Source of the DNA: Rhodospirillales bacterium
GTDB taxonomy: Bacteria > Pseudomonadota > Alphaproteobacteria > Bin95
NCBI GenBank assembly: GCA_038143065.1
Contig: JAYQLI010000035.1
Coordinates: 1,536,894 to 1,600,893, forward strand
Direction of reading: 5' to 3'
DNA: 64,000 nt
The position numbers were made by a program, and so were the translations under genes. The notes under the pieces were generated by a model. The model searched no databases and was not told the DNA's origin. It was given only the letters and a program-made list of their open reading frames with translations. Positions within the stretch are counted from its first letter, which is position 1, and every line of letters begins with the position of its first letter. Positions 51,376-61,300 of this stretch are shown piece by piece.

Positions 51376-52193
51376 GCCGGCTCTCAAAACGGTTTGCCGA
51401 GCTTAACACGCAGGGCCGCGGAGGTTTTATTCCATTCCTCACGTCGTGTGACCCGGATCCAAATACATTCAAAAAGATCCTCGCGGGGCTACCTGAAGCA
51501 GGAGCCGATATAATAGAAATTGGTGTTCCTTTCACAGACCCTGCTGCAGACGGGCCCTCAATTCAGGCTGCTGGGCAACGTGCTCTAAAGGCAGGAGCTA
51601 CATTAAAGGGAACGTTAGAAATTATCCGAGATTTTCGGAAAACCAATAACGACACTCCAATTGTTTTGATGGGATATTTCAACCCAATATATTCGATGGG
51701 ATGCGAAACATTCGCCAAAGCTGCTGCCGAGAGTGGAGTGGATGGTCTTATTACTGTAGACCTTCCACCGGAAGAAGAAGAGGAGCTTCGCGTACCTGTC
51801 CAAAATGCAGGTATCGACATCGTTCGTCTCATAGCTCCAACGACTGACAACAAGCGCCTTCCTCAAGTTTTAAAACATGCCTCAGGCTTCATTTATTACG
51901 TGTCGATTGCCGGAATAACTGGAACTACATCACCAACAATTGATTCTATTCAATTAGCTGCAGAAAGACTTCGCAAGCATACCGATCTACCACTTGCTGT
52001 AGGGTTCGGTATCCGAACACCAGAATTGGCCAGTGCCGTTTCCCGGACAGCGGATGCAGCGGTTGTCGGATCAGCCGTGGTAGAGCGAGTAGCTGCAAAT
52101 CTTGATGCTAATGGTGAAGCCCTACCAGGCCTGGTGGACGATGTACTTCATTTGGTGAAGAATCTTGCCGATGGAGTGAGGATCAACACATGA
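51372..52193 (+). CDS. trpA: Tryptophan synthase alpha chain
   Basis: [53 protein letters not shown]. Confidence 0.98.
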   Translation: MSRLSKRFAELNTQGRGGFIPFLTSCDPDPNTFKKILAGLPEAGADIIEIGVPFTDPAADGPSIQAAGQRALKAGATLKGTLEIIRDFRKTNNDTPIVLMGYFNPIYSMGCETFAKAAAESGVDGLITVDLPPEEEEELRVPVQNAGIDIVRLIAPTTDNKRLPQVLKHASGFIYYVSIAGITGTTSPTIDSIQLAAERLRKHTDLPLAVGFGIRTPELASAVSRTADAAVVGSAVVERVAANLDANGEALPGLVDDVLHLVKNLADGVRINT

Positions 52194-53170
52194 GCTGGCT
52201 CGACAAATACGTTCGTCCAAAAATTCAACAACTTGTCAGACGGACGCCCGCACCGGCAGATCTCTGGCTTCAGTGCCCTGATTGCGCCCAGATGATTTTC
52301 CATAAAGATCTGGAACAGGCTGCAATGGTATGTCCCAACTGCAGCCATCACATGCGAATAGGCGCAGATAGCCGCTTTTCTTTATTATTAGATGAAGGCA
52401 GCCGAGAAAACATACGCTTGCCAGAAACGCCCGTAGATCCTCTAAAATTTCGAGATCAAAAGCGCTACACAGACCGGCTAAAAGATGCCCAACAAAAAAG
52501 TGGTGAAAACGACGCTCTCAAGGCGGCTTATGGCACAATAGAGGGAGTACCAGTTGTGATAGCTGTACTCGATTTTGGGTTCATGGGTGGATCCATGGGT
52601 GCTGCGGTTGGTGCAGGTTTTGTTGCTGCAGCCAGAGAAGCGGTGAAGCGAAATGCTGCCTTTATTGCTATAACGGCTTCAGGTGGGGCCAGAATGCAAG
52701 AAGGCATTCTCTCACTCATGCAAATGCCGCGAACTGTAGCAGCCCTCGGTCTGCTTAAAGATGCAGAATTACCCTATGTAACCTTGATAACCGACCCAAC
52801 GACTGGTGGCGTATCTGCATCCTTTGCAATGTTAGGCGATATTTCTATTGCTGAGCCTGGTGCAGGCATAGGGTTCGCAGGCCAACGTGTAATCAAAGAG
52901 ACTATTGGACAGACCTTACCTGAAGGCTTCCAACGAGCTGAATATCTCCTTGAACATGGCATGTTAGACATGGTTGTCAGCCGACATGAGCTCAAGGCAG
53001 CGATAGGTAAGGTATTGAGTATTCTGATGTTCCCCACCCTTGATACGGAAAAGAACCTTCATCTTCATGCTGCTGGGAAGACTAAAACTGTAAAAAACGC
53101 AAAGCCGAAATCTAGTGAGAAATCGATAGCTGCTGATAGCACTACGAAGAGAGCTAATTCTGAAAAGTGA
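52190..53170 (+). CDS. accD: Acetyl-CoA carboxylase carboxyltransferase beta subunit
   Basis: LWLQCPDC..CPNC zinc finger, DPLKFRD, FMGGSMG, SGGARMQEG, PTTGGVSASFA, FQRAEYLLEHG. Confidence 0.98.
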   Translation: MSWLDKYVRPKIQQLVRRTPAPADLWLQCPDCAQMIFHKDLEQAAMVCPNCSHHMRIGADSRFSLLLDEGSRENIRLPETPVDPLKFRDQKRYTDRLKDAQQKSGENDALKAAYGTIEGVPVVIAVLDFGFMGGSMGAAVGAGFVAAAREAVKRNAAFIAITASGGARMQEGILSLMQMPRTVAALGLLKDAELPYVTLITDPTTGGVSASFAMLGDISIAEPGAGIGFAGQRVIKETIGQTLPEGFQRAEYLLEHGMLDMVVSRHELKAAIGKVLSILMFPTLDTEKNLHLHAAGKTKTVKNAKPKSSEKSIAADSTTKRANSEK

Positions 53171-54465
53171 CGGAGCAAGCTAGGGCAGTCGATCGGATTG
53201 CAACCTCCCGTATTGTTGGGCGTCTCTCTGAGCTGCATCCAAAATTAATTGATCTCTCAACTGAACGAATTGAGCGTCTGCTAAGGGACCTTGGATACCC
53301 ACACCTCGAATTACTGAATGTAATCCATGTGGCTGGCACCAACGGGAAAGGTTCAACCTGTGCTTTCCTGCGCGCATTATTAAACGAGGCAGGATATTCG
53401 GTTAACGTATACACATCTCCGCATTTGGTTAGCTTTACTGAAAGAGTACGTCTGAGTGATGCGCCAATAACAGAGGATGCCTTCCTCTCTACTCTAGAAC
53501 ATTGTGAACGTATAAACGCTGGTCGCCAAATAACATTTTTTGAAATGTTAACCGCAGCCGCATTTCTAGCTTTTGCGCAAAATCCAGCAGACGCAACAAT
53601 TGTTGAGGTTGGACTTGGGGGTCGTTTCGATGCAACGAATGTTTTTCCTTCTCCAGCGATGTCTGTTATCACACCGGTATCACTCGATCATTTGGAATTC
53701 CTAGGACCCGAGCTTTCCAAAATAGCTTGGGAAAAGGCTGGAATTTTAAAACCAAAAAGCCGTGCCGTTTCTGCATTCCAAACTTCTGAAGCTTATAACG
53801 CAATCATTTCCGAAGCTTCTAAGGTTGGCACACAGCTCAGAATAGAAGGGAATAATTGGAAGATCACACCAGGCCAAAATAGCTTTCACTTCAAAGATGA
53901 AAAGTGCGACTGGCAACTTCCACGCCCCTCGCTGGCTGGTGACTGGCAGTATGGAAATGCTGGCTTGGCTTTAGCTGCATTAAGCTACTTAGAAGGGTTT
54001 GATCTGACAGAAAGTATAGCACGTCGAGCAATGAAGTCTGTCGAGTGGCCAGGACGCCTACAGCTTCTTTCTAAGGGCCCCTTGGTGTCGTCTCTCGCGC
54101 CACGCAAACTTTGGATAGATGGTGGGCATAATCCTGCTGCAGCCGAGGCCTTAGCATCTGAGATAAATACTTGGGCAAAGTCTCCCCAACTAATTATTGG
54201 GATGATGGAGAGAAAAGATGCTGATAGTTATCTGCGGCGCCTGAACCCTGCGGTTCAAAAGGCGGCTTGTGTTCCAATTCCGAACAACGAGGGAGCATTT
54301 GAAGCGGAAGCTCTTGCTGCAAAGGCGCGCAATGTAGGGATAGACGCTATAGCCTATAAATCTCTGGAAGCGGCGGTAGAGGATATTTCTCAAAACGGGG
54401 ACAACCCTGTTCTGATTTGCGGGTCCCTTTATCTGGCCGGCTTAGTTCTTGCTAAACATTCCTAG
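53167..54465 (+). CDS. folC: Bifunctional folylpolyglutamate synthase/dihydrofolate synthase
   Basis: HVAGTNGKGST, YTSPHL, TFFE, EVGLGGRFDATN, EKAGI, WPGRLQ, DGGHNP, CGSLYL. Confidence 0.97.
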   Translation: MTEQARAVDRIATSRIVGRLSELHPKLIDLSTERIERLLRDLGYPHLELLNVIHVAGTNGKGSTCAFLRALLNEAGYSVNVYTSPHLVSFTERVRLSDAPITEDAFLSTLEHCERINAGRQITFFEMLTAAAFLAFAQNPADATIVEVGLGGRFDATNVFPSPAMSVITPVSLDHLEFLGPELSKIAWEKAGILKPKSRAVSAFQTSEAYNAIISEASKVGTQLRIEGNNWKITPGQNSFHFKDEKCDWQLPRPSLAGDWQYGNAGLALAALSYLEGFDLTESIARRAMKSVEWPGRLQLLSKGPLVSSLAPRKLWIDGGHNPAAAEALASEINTWAKSPQLIIGMMERKDADSYLRRLNPAVQKAACVPIPNNEGAFEAEALAAKARNVGIDAIAYKSLEAAVEDISQNGDNPVLICGSLYLAGLVLAKHS

Positions 54466-55388
54466 AGGGATAGCGGAGCCAGATCAACGGGATGTATAAT
54501 CATAAAGCTACCTAAAGCCTCATGAGGCGATAAAAACAGACGTCCATCACACCTATCGTATGTCACGCCTGCCGATTGTAACACCTTTTCTGTTTTCGCA
54601 ATGTCACGAGACCTAAGCAAAACTGCTGTGCCATATGGGGGCTTAATGTTTTCAAAACTTGGAAGCAACTTGGAACAAGCTAGCTCCGTCACTAAAACTA
54701 ATTCTCCTCGCTCCAATTCTATGAGTGCAATGCCATCATCTATCAGTACACTCGGTTTACGAACAAATTTTGCAAACCGCTCAGTTGCTTCCTCTAAGTC
54801 CTTAACTGTCCAAAGCACCCCTGACAACGCGTCTACAGCGTTTGGCTGGTCGGTTTCACCTGGTTCCCAGACAAGCTCAGGAGTGAAATGTCCACACCAC
54901 TGAATACGGCCCTCTGGCATAACCTCGGGCGGCACCCGTAAAACGCTAAAACGTGCCTCTTCTTCTGTGCCACGGGCTGTAAGTGTCATTCGACGCATAT
55001 CTACAGGTTTAAGAGGCTCGAATCCCTTTTCTCTTAGCCGAGGGGCCGCGGCTGGAACATTGGTGGCTGCGAAAGCCATGAGGTGAAGCCCCTCGTATCG
55101 GGAGAGCTGTGCTTTATGTTGTTTGGCTAAGGGGGTATCGCCCCTGCTACCAAGAAACTCTAGATATCCTAACGCTGGAGTTATCAATCTATTGACCGTC
55201 CCAGATGGTAAAGAGTTCCCATCGGCTTGACGGTTCATGTGAACGTTCTCTCGAGTAACATGAAAACCCAAATTCTTAAGGCTAGAAGACGCCTTTTCTA
55301 AGTCTTCAACAAACCAGCCCACATGATCGAGAAAAACCTCGTCACCTAGGGGTTTTTGTCGCTCGGTCCACTTAGGTTTCCAACCCAA
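54462..55388 (-). CDS. VOC/glyoxalase-like (Glyoxalase_3) family protein
   Basis: LDHVGWFV.DL, LGF.VT, GTVNRLI..GYLEF, EGLHLMAF, EARF, PEGR..C.H.TPELVW, PNA...L. Confidence 0.8.
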   Translation of the reverse strand: MGWKPKWTERQKPLGDEVFLDHVGWFVEDLEKASSSLKNLGFHVTRENVHMNRQADGNSLPSGTVNRLITPALGYLEFLGSRGDTPLAKQHKAQLSRYEGLHLMAFAATNVPAAAPRLREKGFEPLKPVDMRRMTLTARGTEEEARFSVLRVPPEVMPEGRIQWCGHFTPELVWEPGETDQPNAVDALSGVLWTVKDLEEATERFAKFVRKPSVLIDDGIALIELERGELVLVTELACSKLLPSFENIKPPYGTAVLLRSRDIAKTEKVLQSAGVTYDRCDGRLFLSPHEALGSFMIIHPVDLAPLSL

Positions 55389-55469
55389 AATCTTACATCC
55401 CCATTTAAACCAGTAGATTTAACATTCCAAAACACAGTCGGTCATTTAAGCCAACAGCATATTTTAAAA

Positions 55470-56432
55470 TTACAGATCAAGACCGCCATGATAATTTCTA
55501 GAACCCCAATCACGCAGCCAAAGGCGAACCAAAAGGCGCTTAAGTTGAGGCTCTGGCCAGTCTTCAAAACCTGTTCGCCTATGACCTATCCGTCGGTTAT
55601 CCAGGATCTGTATCTGCCCGGGCTCAAATGTGAACGAAACATCCATGCCAGGAGCGTTCATTTTTTCTTCTAAAGCTTCCAGGGCCTCTACACCCAAAGC
55701 ATCTATGGGTTCACCTGCCAAACGTTGACCGTTCGAAACCTGAAATCTGGAAAGCCGAGCGAGAAGCCTATTTTCTTCGACTTTAAAAAGTGGGTGATGA
55801 GTAGTCATCACATCTTGTGGCGCATGCTCTCTTTGACGATCAAAATAAAACGGTTGGTACAAACGATTTAGTAGATCAGGTCGCTCTAGCCTAAGTACTT
55901 CATGCGCAGCCTCCAACGATACAATGTGAGATAACCCACCTGTTTTTGCAGCGCGCAGACAAAGCAGTGTCACATAATTTGGGGGGCATAAATTATAACT
56001 GTTATCGGTATGAAAATTTTGTTCAGCGTTAGTCTTGTCTGGCCGAACGCCATTGCCTGGTGGACGCCCAGTATCTGTCACATCGTAAATGAGGTCACCA
56101 ATCCAATTTTGTGCAACGGGGCGCTCAATTAGAGAACACATCAACCAATAGGCTATTTTAGCGCCATCCTCGCCAAGCTCATCAAGCGGTAAACGATCTA
56201 TTAATGCAAATCCAACCCCATCTTTGAGTTCAGCCAAAACCTTAGCCATGAACTCTTTTGTGGCAGTCAATTCAAACTGTGCCACGTCTGCTTCAATAAT
56301 CGGCTGTCCTGAATGTTCATATATTTGAGCAGCAACTGTAACCTCTTCGGCAACTTCCAGTGGTAAATCGAATCTACCAGTCCCGGATGCCAATTCACTT
56401 CCACGCCAAGCACGGCTACTAGCATCCAACAT
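55470..56432 (-). CDS. Fe(II)/2-oxoglutarate dioxygenase, TauD/TfdA family
   Basis: G.GFALI..LP, FHTD (HxD), LLCLRAAKTGGLS, DNRRIGHRR (distal His), RLLVRLW. Start reassigned to the ATG at 56432 so it does not overlap the MFS gene. Confidence 0.88.
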   Translation of the reverse strand: MLDASSRAWRGSELASGTGRFDLPLEVAEEVTVAAQIYEHSGQPIIEADVAQFELTATKEFMAKVLAELKDGVGFALIDRLPLDELGEDGAKIAYWLMCSLIERPVAQNWIGDLIYDVTDTGRPPGNGVRPDKTNAEQNFHTDNSYNLCPPNYVTLLCLRAAKTGGLSHIVSLEAAHEVLRLERPDLLNRLYQPFYFDRQREHAPQDVMTTHHPLFKVEENRLLARLSRFQVSNGQRLAGEPIDALGVEALEALEEKMNAPGMDVSFTFEPGQIQILDNRRIGHRRTGFEDWPEPQLKRLLVRLWLRDWGSRNYHGGLDL

Positions 56433-56556
56433 TGCAGATCTCCCTTTTGGACAATAAATCGATAGGCTCAAAAGTCCTAAAAGGCTATAGACGCTTATCT
56501 TGCAATTTAAAGATCCGCCAAAAAAGTTCCCTGACACATCTGACAGGATCCGCTGA

Positions 56557-57795
56557 ATGTTCTCTGCCCTGACACCAGTAGCTGCACTGCTTTTAAGCGT
56601 CGCCTTTTTATTAATGGGCAGTGGACTCCAAAACACACTCACCCCAATACGCGCTGAGATCGAGGGTTTTGAAGCTATGGCGCTTGGAGCTCTTGGCGCA
56701 GCTTATTATTTTGGTTTCGTGATTGGATGCGTAGCTGCGCCCGTTGTAGTGAAACGAGCTGGTCATATTAGGTCGTTTGTGGCGATGGTATCGATTGGCT
56801 CTTCGGTGGCATTAATACACCCCATAATTGTTGATCCATGGGTTTGGACAGTATTGCGCATATTCACTGGATTTTGCCTCGCTGGCCTCTTCATGATCAT
56901 AGAAAGTTGGCTCAACGAAAAGGCGTCGAACGAAAGTCGAGGTGTAATTTTTTCAACGTATCTTGGAATCAATCTCTCCGTGATTACTGTCGGCCAGCTC
57001 CTGATCACCGTAGACGATCCCAGATCGTTCTCTTTGTTTGCACTGGCCTCGATTCTTGTTTCACTTGCAGCAGTTCCCCTAGCCTTGACGCGTTCGCAAG
57101 AACCAGCCCCACCGAACATTGTTAAATTAAGGATCCTTCGCCTCTACAAAATGTCACCTGTTGGGCTGGTGGGATCATTTAGTGTCGGCCTGTCTAATGG
57201 CGCATTCTGGACCTTGGGTCCAGTTTATGGAGCAGTAAGTGGTGGAGGAGCAGAGAGTGCCGCAATATTTATGGCCGTTGGCGCGATCGCTGGTGCTGCG
57301 GGCCAGTGGCCTTTGGGGCGCCTATCTGATCGAATGGACCGACGGATAATCATAATGGCAGCATGTTTACTGGCAGCCGTAGCAGATTTGTTAATGTCAA
57401 TTCTAGGCAACGACAATCAGGCTATTCGCATTATTTGTGTTGCTGGCTTTGGGCTTTTTGCTTTGCCGATATATGCACTTTCCGCGGCTCATATGAATGA
57501 TATGGTCACGGACTCTGGTTTTGTTGAAGCTGCTGGTGGCCTTCTGCTTACCTTCTCAATCGGAGCGGTCATAGGACCCCTGGCTGCATCAACGGTTATG
57601 AGTTTGATTGGACCACCAGGTTTATTTGCCGTCATTGCAGCCGTTCACATATCGACAGCTGTGTTTGTAGGCTCAAGAATGAAAATCAGGCAAGCAACAC
57701 CAGACGACGAAAGAGGCGATTTTGCGGAAGCAGCCCTTGCAGCTCAAACTGTCGCTGCAGTCGAAGAGTTAGAACCTTCAACTACTACAGATTAA
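56557..57795 (+). CDS. MFS transporter (YcaD-like)
   Basis: G.GLQNTL, RAGHIR.F, IIESWLNE, QWPLGRLSDRMDRR, AAHMND; about 12 transmembrane segments. Confidence 0.9.
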   Translation: MFSALTPVAALLLSVAFLLMGSGLQNTLTPIRAEIEGFEAMALGALGAAYYFGFVIGCVAAPVVVKRAGHIRSFVAMVSIGSSVALIHPIIVDPWVWTVLRIFTGFCLAGLFMIIESWLNEKASNESRGVIFSTYLGINLSVITVGQLLITVDDPRSFSLFALASILVSLAAVPLALTRSQEPAPPNIVKLRILRLYKMSPVGLVGSFSVGLSNGAFWTLGPVYGAVSGGGAESAAIFMAVGAIAGAAGQWPLGRLSDRMDRRIIIMAACLLAAVADLLMSILGNDNQAIRIICVAGFGLFALPIYALSAAHMNDMVTDSGFVEAAGGLLLTFSIGAVIGPLAASTVMSLIGPPGLFAVIAAVHISTAVFVGSRMKIRQATPDDERGDFAEAALAAQTVAAVEELEPSTTTD

Positions 57796-57819
57796 CAGAT
57801 CCATACATTACTTGGTAAG

Positions 57820-57850
57820 TTCCCGCTTAGCCTACGAAGCTAAGCGGGAA
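57820..57850. terminator. Stem-loop between the convergent MFS and crotonase genes
   Basis: Perfect 12-bp stem TTCCCGCTTAGC-CTACGAA-GCTAAGCGGGAA. Confidence 0.75.
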
Positions 57851-57859
57851 TGAGATACT

Positions 57860-58660
57860 TTAACAACCTTTAAATACTGGCTTACGTTTTTCCATAAAGG
57901 CAGTCTGGCCTTCTTTATAGTCTTCGCTTGCAAAGCAAGCTTCCACCATTTGATCAAGCTTATCAAAATCACGGTCTGCTTCATGAGCAATTGCTGTTTG
58001 CACAGCAAAATTTGCAGCTGCCACAGTGAGGGGAGCGTTTTCAGCAATCATCCCAGCATACTCCGCAACGGCAGCATCAAGTTCATCAAGGCTAACTACC
58101 TTGTTCACCAATCCCATTCTCCAGGCCTCTTCAGCATTAAACTTTCTGGCTGTGAAAAAGATTTCCTTTGCGTAGGCCGGGCCAACTAAATTGACCAAAC
58201 GTTTCATGCCAGGATATCGGTAACCGAGCCCCAAGCGAGCAGCAGGTACAGCATAAACAGTGTTATCAGCGGCAATACGAATGTCAGCAGACAAAGCTAC
58301 AGCCAGTCCACCCCCAATACAAAAACCTCTAATCATAGCAATCAGGGGCTTTTCACAATTTTCTATTGCAGCGTATGCAGCGCCGCTCGTGGCGTTGTAG
58401 AGCGTTACCTGTTCCGGTGTAGATCTTTTTTCCTTGAACTCGGAAATATCTGCACCGGCAACGAAGGACTTATCTCCCGCTCCTTTCATGACGATACAGC
58501 GAACATCATCTTGTGCGACAAGAGTATCGAAGATTTTAGGAATCGCTTCCCACATTTCGAACTTTACTGCATTTCGCCGTTCAGGATTGTTGAAGGTGAC
58601 CCAGCCAACGCCATCAATCACTTCAACGATCATATGCTCAGTGCCAAAATCCAATTTCAT
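57860..58660 (-). CDS. Enoyl-CoA hydratase/isomerase
   Basis: FNNPERRNA, FVAGADISEF, GFCIGGG, VPAARLGLGY, SEDYKEG..AFMEKRKP. Start likely MKLDFG at 58660. Confidence 0.9.
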   Translation of the reverse strand: MKLDFGTEHMIVEVIDGVGWVTFNNPERRNAVKFEMWEAIPKIFDTLVAQDDVRCIVMKGAGDKSFVAGADISEFKEKRSTPEQVTLYNATSGAAYAAIENCEKPLIAMIRGFCIGGGLAVALSADIRIAADNTVYAVPAARLGLGYRYPGMKRLVNLVGPAYAKEIFFTARKFNAEEAWRMGLVNKVVSLDELDAAVAEYAGMIAENAPLTVAAANFAVQTAIAHEADRDFDKLDQMVEACFASEDYKEGQTAFMEKRKPVFKGC

Positions 58661-58687
58661 GTCGTTACTTTCTAAGTTCAAAGATGA

Positions 58688-59872
58688 TTATATCACACCA
58701 TCATCACGCATCGCAGCAATGGCATCAGGAGAGTAACCGAGTTCAGTGAGAATTGCGTCGGTATGCTCACCTTGTTCCGGTGTTGCGGAGCGAATTTTGG
58801 ATGGAGTACGGGACATCTTTATTGCCTGATTAACAATTTGGAATGAGCCCATGCGGGGATGACTGACAGGCACCGCCATCTCCACATGCTTTACCTGCGC
58901 ATCCTCAAACATCTGATCCATTGAATAGATAGGCCCACAAGGACAACCCGCTGCATTTAAATGATCAATCCAGAAGGCGGAAGGCTTTTGGCAAGTAATA
59001 GCATCTATAGCAGCATTCATTGCTTTTCTGTTTTGAGATCGGAGCGCACCAGTAGCAAAATCAGGATGATCTTTAAGTTCTAGTGCATTGATCGCGTCAC
59101 AGAAACGCTCATAAATTGCCTGACCAGCAACCGCAATGTTCACATGACCATCTGCAGTCTTAAACACACCAGTCGGAATTGATGTTGGATGATCATTGCC
59201 AGCCGACTTAGGGACTTCTTTGTCTTTGAGATAGCGCGCTGCCTGGAAGTCTAGCATCTGGATTTGAGCTTCAAGTAGTGAAGTCTTTACCCACTGTCCC
59301 TTTCCCGAAGTTTCCCTCTCTAAAAGAGCTAGGAGGATACCTTGGGCACAAAACATTCCTGCAGAAAGATCAGCAACTGGAATGCCAACGCGCATTGGTC
59401 CCCCATCTGCCTCTCCAGTAATAGACATAAGGCCACCCATGCCTTGGGCAATTTGATCAAAGCCTGGGCGATCAGCGTACGGACCATCTTGTCCAAAGCC
59501 GGAAATTGAGCCGAGGATGATACCAGGGTTTATCTTGGCAAGGCTGTCATAATCAATTTTCAAGCGGTGCTTTACATCTGCTCTATAATTCTCAACAACA
59601 ACATCCGCTGCGGATACCATCTTGTAAAATGCTTCGAGACCTCTTGGGTCTTTAAGATTCAGGGTGACAGAGCGCTTATTACGATGCAAATTTTGGAAAT
59701 CAAAACCATCTCTTGATCCGCCCAATCCCTCCTTACCATCCGGAGGAGACTCCACCTTGATTACATCAGCACCCCAGTCTGCAAGTTGACGCACACATGT
59801 TGGGCCAGCTCGCACACGGGTAAGATCAAGAACCTTGAATCTAGAAAGTGGCATTCCTGTCGTAGCGCTCAT
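58688..59872 (-). CDS. Family III CoA-transferase (CaiB/BaiF)
   Basis: VLDLTRVRAGP, LADWGADVIKVE, HRNKRS, GFDQIAQGMGG.MSITG, GIPVADL (catalytic Asp), GEHTD. Confidence 0.93.
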   Translation of the reverse strand: MSATTGMPLSRFKVLDLTRVRAGPTCVRQLADWGADVIKVESPPDGKEGLGGSRDGFDFQNLHRNKRSVTLNLKDPRGLEAFYKMVSAADVVVENYRADVKHRLKIDYDSLAKINPGIILGSISGFGQDGPYADRPGFDQIAQGMGGLMSITGEADGGPMRVGIPVADLSAGMFCAQGILLALLERETSGKGQWVKTSLLEAQIQMLDFQAARYLKDKEVPKSAGNDHPTSIPTGVFKTADGHVNIAVAGQAIYERFCDAINALELKDHPDFATGALRSQNRKAMNAAIDAITCQKPSAFWIDHLNAAGCPCGPIYSMDQMFEDAQVKHVEMAVPVSHPRMGSFQIVNQAIKMSRTPSKIRSATPEQGEHTDAILTELGYSPDAIAAMRDDGVI

Positions 59873-59886
59873 ACTCTTAAATCTCC

Positions 59887-61095
59887 CTAACTAAAGGCTT
59901 GAATGCCAGTTATCGAACGGCCAAGGATCAGTGCATGAACATCATGGGTACCCTCGTAGGTATTTACTGCCTCTAGGTTCATCATGTGCCTAATAACTTT
60001 GTACTCGTCAGAAACCCCATTTCCACCATGCATATCACGAGACAACCGAGCAATATCTAAGGCTTTGCCACAATTGTTCCGCTTTATTAGGGATATCATT
60101 TCTGGCGCCGCACGACCTTCATCCATTAAACGCCCTACCCGAAGAGCGGCTTGAAAACCGAGTGCAATTTCGGTTTGCATATCCGCTAGCTTTTTCTGAA
60201 TGAGTTGATTTGCCCCCAAGGGTTTTCCAAACGCAGTCCTGTTCATGACATATTCACGACTTGCTCGCCAACAAGCTTCGGCGGCCCCCATAGCACCCCA
60301 CGCAATTCCATAACGAGCCTTATTCAAACAGCCAAATGGTCCACCTAAACCCTTGGCATTCGGAAGACGGTTTTCATCTGGCACAAAGACGTCATCCATC
60401 ACTATTTCGCCAGTTGGTGAAGCGCGAAGTGAAAATTTTCCTTCAATTTTTGGAGTGGAAAGACCTTCCATACCTCGCTCAAGTATGAAGCCACGGATGT
60501 CACCTGCTTCATCTTTAGCCCAAACCACTAGCACATCGGCAATTGGTGAAGATGTAATCCACATTTTTGCGCCGGTGAGCCTATATCCGCCGTCAACTTT
60601 GACTGCGCGGGACTTCATACCGCCCGCGTCTGAGCCATGGTCCGGCTCTGTTAAGCCAAAAGACCCGACGTGCTCTCCAGAAGCGAGCTTTGGCAGATAT
60701 TTCTGTTTCTGCTCTTCTGAGCCGTATGTATGGATCGGGTACATCACTAAACTAGATTGCACACTCATTGCCGACCGATACGCGCTGTCGCAGCCTTCAA
60801 CTGCACGAGCAAGCAATCCATACATAACTGCCGAACCACCGGGACAGCCATACCCTTCTAGACCGACACCTAAGAAACCAGATTGTCCTAGTTTTTTGTA
60901 AATGTTGCGATCAAAAGTTTGATTGCGGTTAGCTTCCATCACGCCAGGCTCCAACTCAGCCTCCACGAATTTCACACCAGCTTCAAAAGTCATGCGCTCT
61001 TCTTCATCGAGCTGATCTGCCAAATAGAACGGATCAGTCCAGTCAAAAGGTGGCAGCTTGCTAACCTTGGTGCTTGCGGGCGTCGAGTCAGGCAT
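59887..61095 (-). CDS. gcdH: Glutaryl-CoA dehydrogenase
   Basis: [80 protein letters not shown]. Confidence 0.95.
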   Translation of the reverse strand: MPDSTPASTKVSKLPPFDWTDPFYLADQLDEEERMTFEAGVKFVEAELEPGVMEANRNQTFDRNIYKKLGQSGFLGVGLEGYGCPGGSAVMYGLLARAVEGCDSAYRSAMSVQSSLVMYPIHTYGSEEQKQKYLPKLASGEHVGSFGLTEPDHGSDAGGMKSRAVKVDGGYRLTGAKMWITSSPIADVLVVWAKDEAGDIRGFILERGMEGLSTPKIEGKFSLRASPTGEIVMDDVFVPDENRLPNAKGLGGPFGCLNKARYGIAWGAMGAAEACWRASREYVMNRTAFGKPLGANQLIQKKLADMQTEIALGFQAALRVGRLMDEGRAAPEMISLIKRNNCGKALDIARLSRDMHGGNGVSDEYKVIRHMMNLEAVNTYEGTHDVHALILGRSITGIQAFS

Positions 61096-61300
61096 TGAAG
61101 TTCTCCATGAAAGAATACGTGTGCAGGGGCGTAAACCGAAAGCTTTTATATAAAAACTAATAACTGAAAAGATAGCTTGGATATTAAAATTCGGCGAGAT
61201 AGGCGATGCGCCGCAGCAGCGTCAGCAAAGATTTCTGCAGAACGCATTAAAGCAAAGAAACTAAAAACATTTATGTTTTTTAATTTATTGCTAGAAAAAT

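Noticed and set aside
53030-53170. Lys/Ser-rich C-terminal tail of AccD
   Set aside because: Variable low-complexity tails are common on AccD; no repeat structure or motif.
56433-56642. N-terminal extension of the TauD ORF overlapping the MFS gene head-to-head
   Set aside because: Longest-ORF artefact; an ATG at 56432 with an AAGGGAG site upstream gives a normal-length protein. The same applies to the extensions at 23728-23856, 41368-41508 and 62364-62552.
61096-61300. ORF 61177-61362 or an sRNA in the AT-rich gap upstream of gcdH
   Set aside because: The ORF overlaps the LLM gene end and has no family features; no convincing hairpin or terminator. Best read as promoter DNA.
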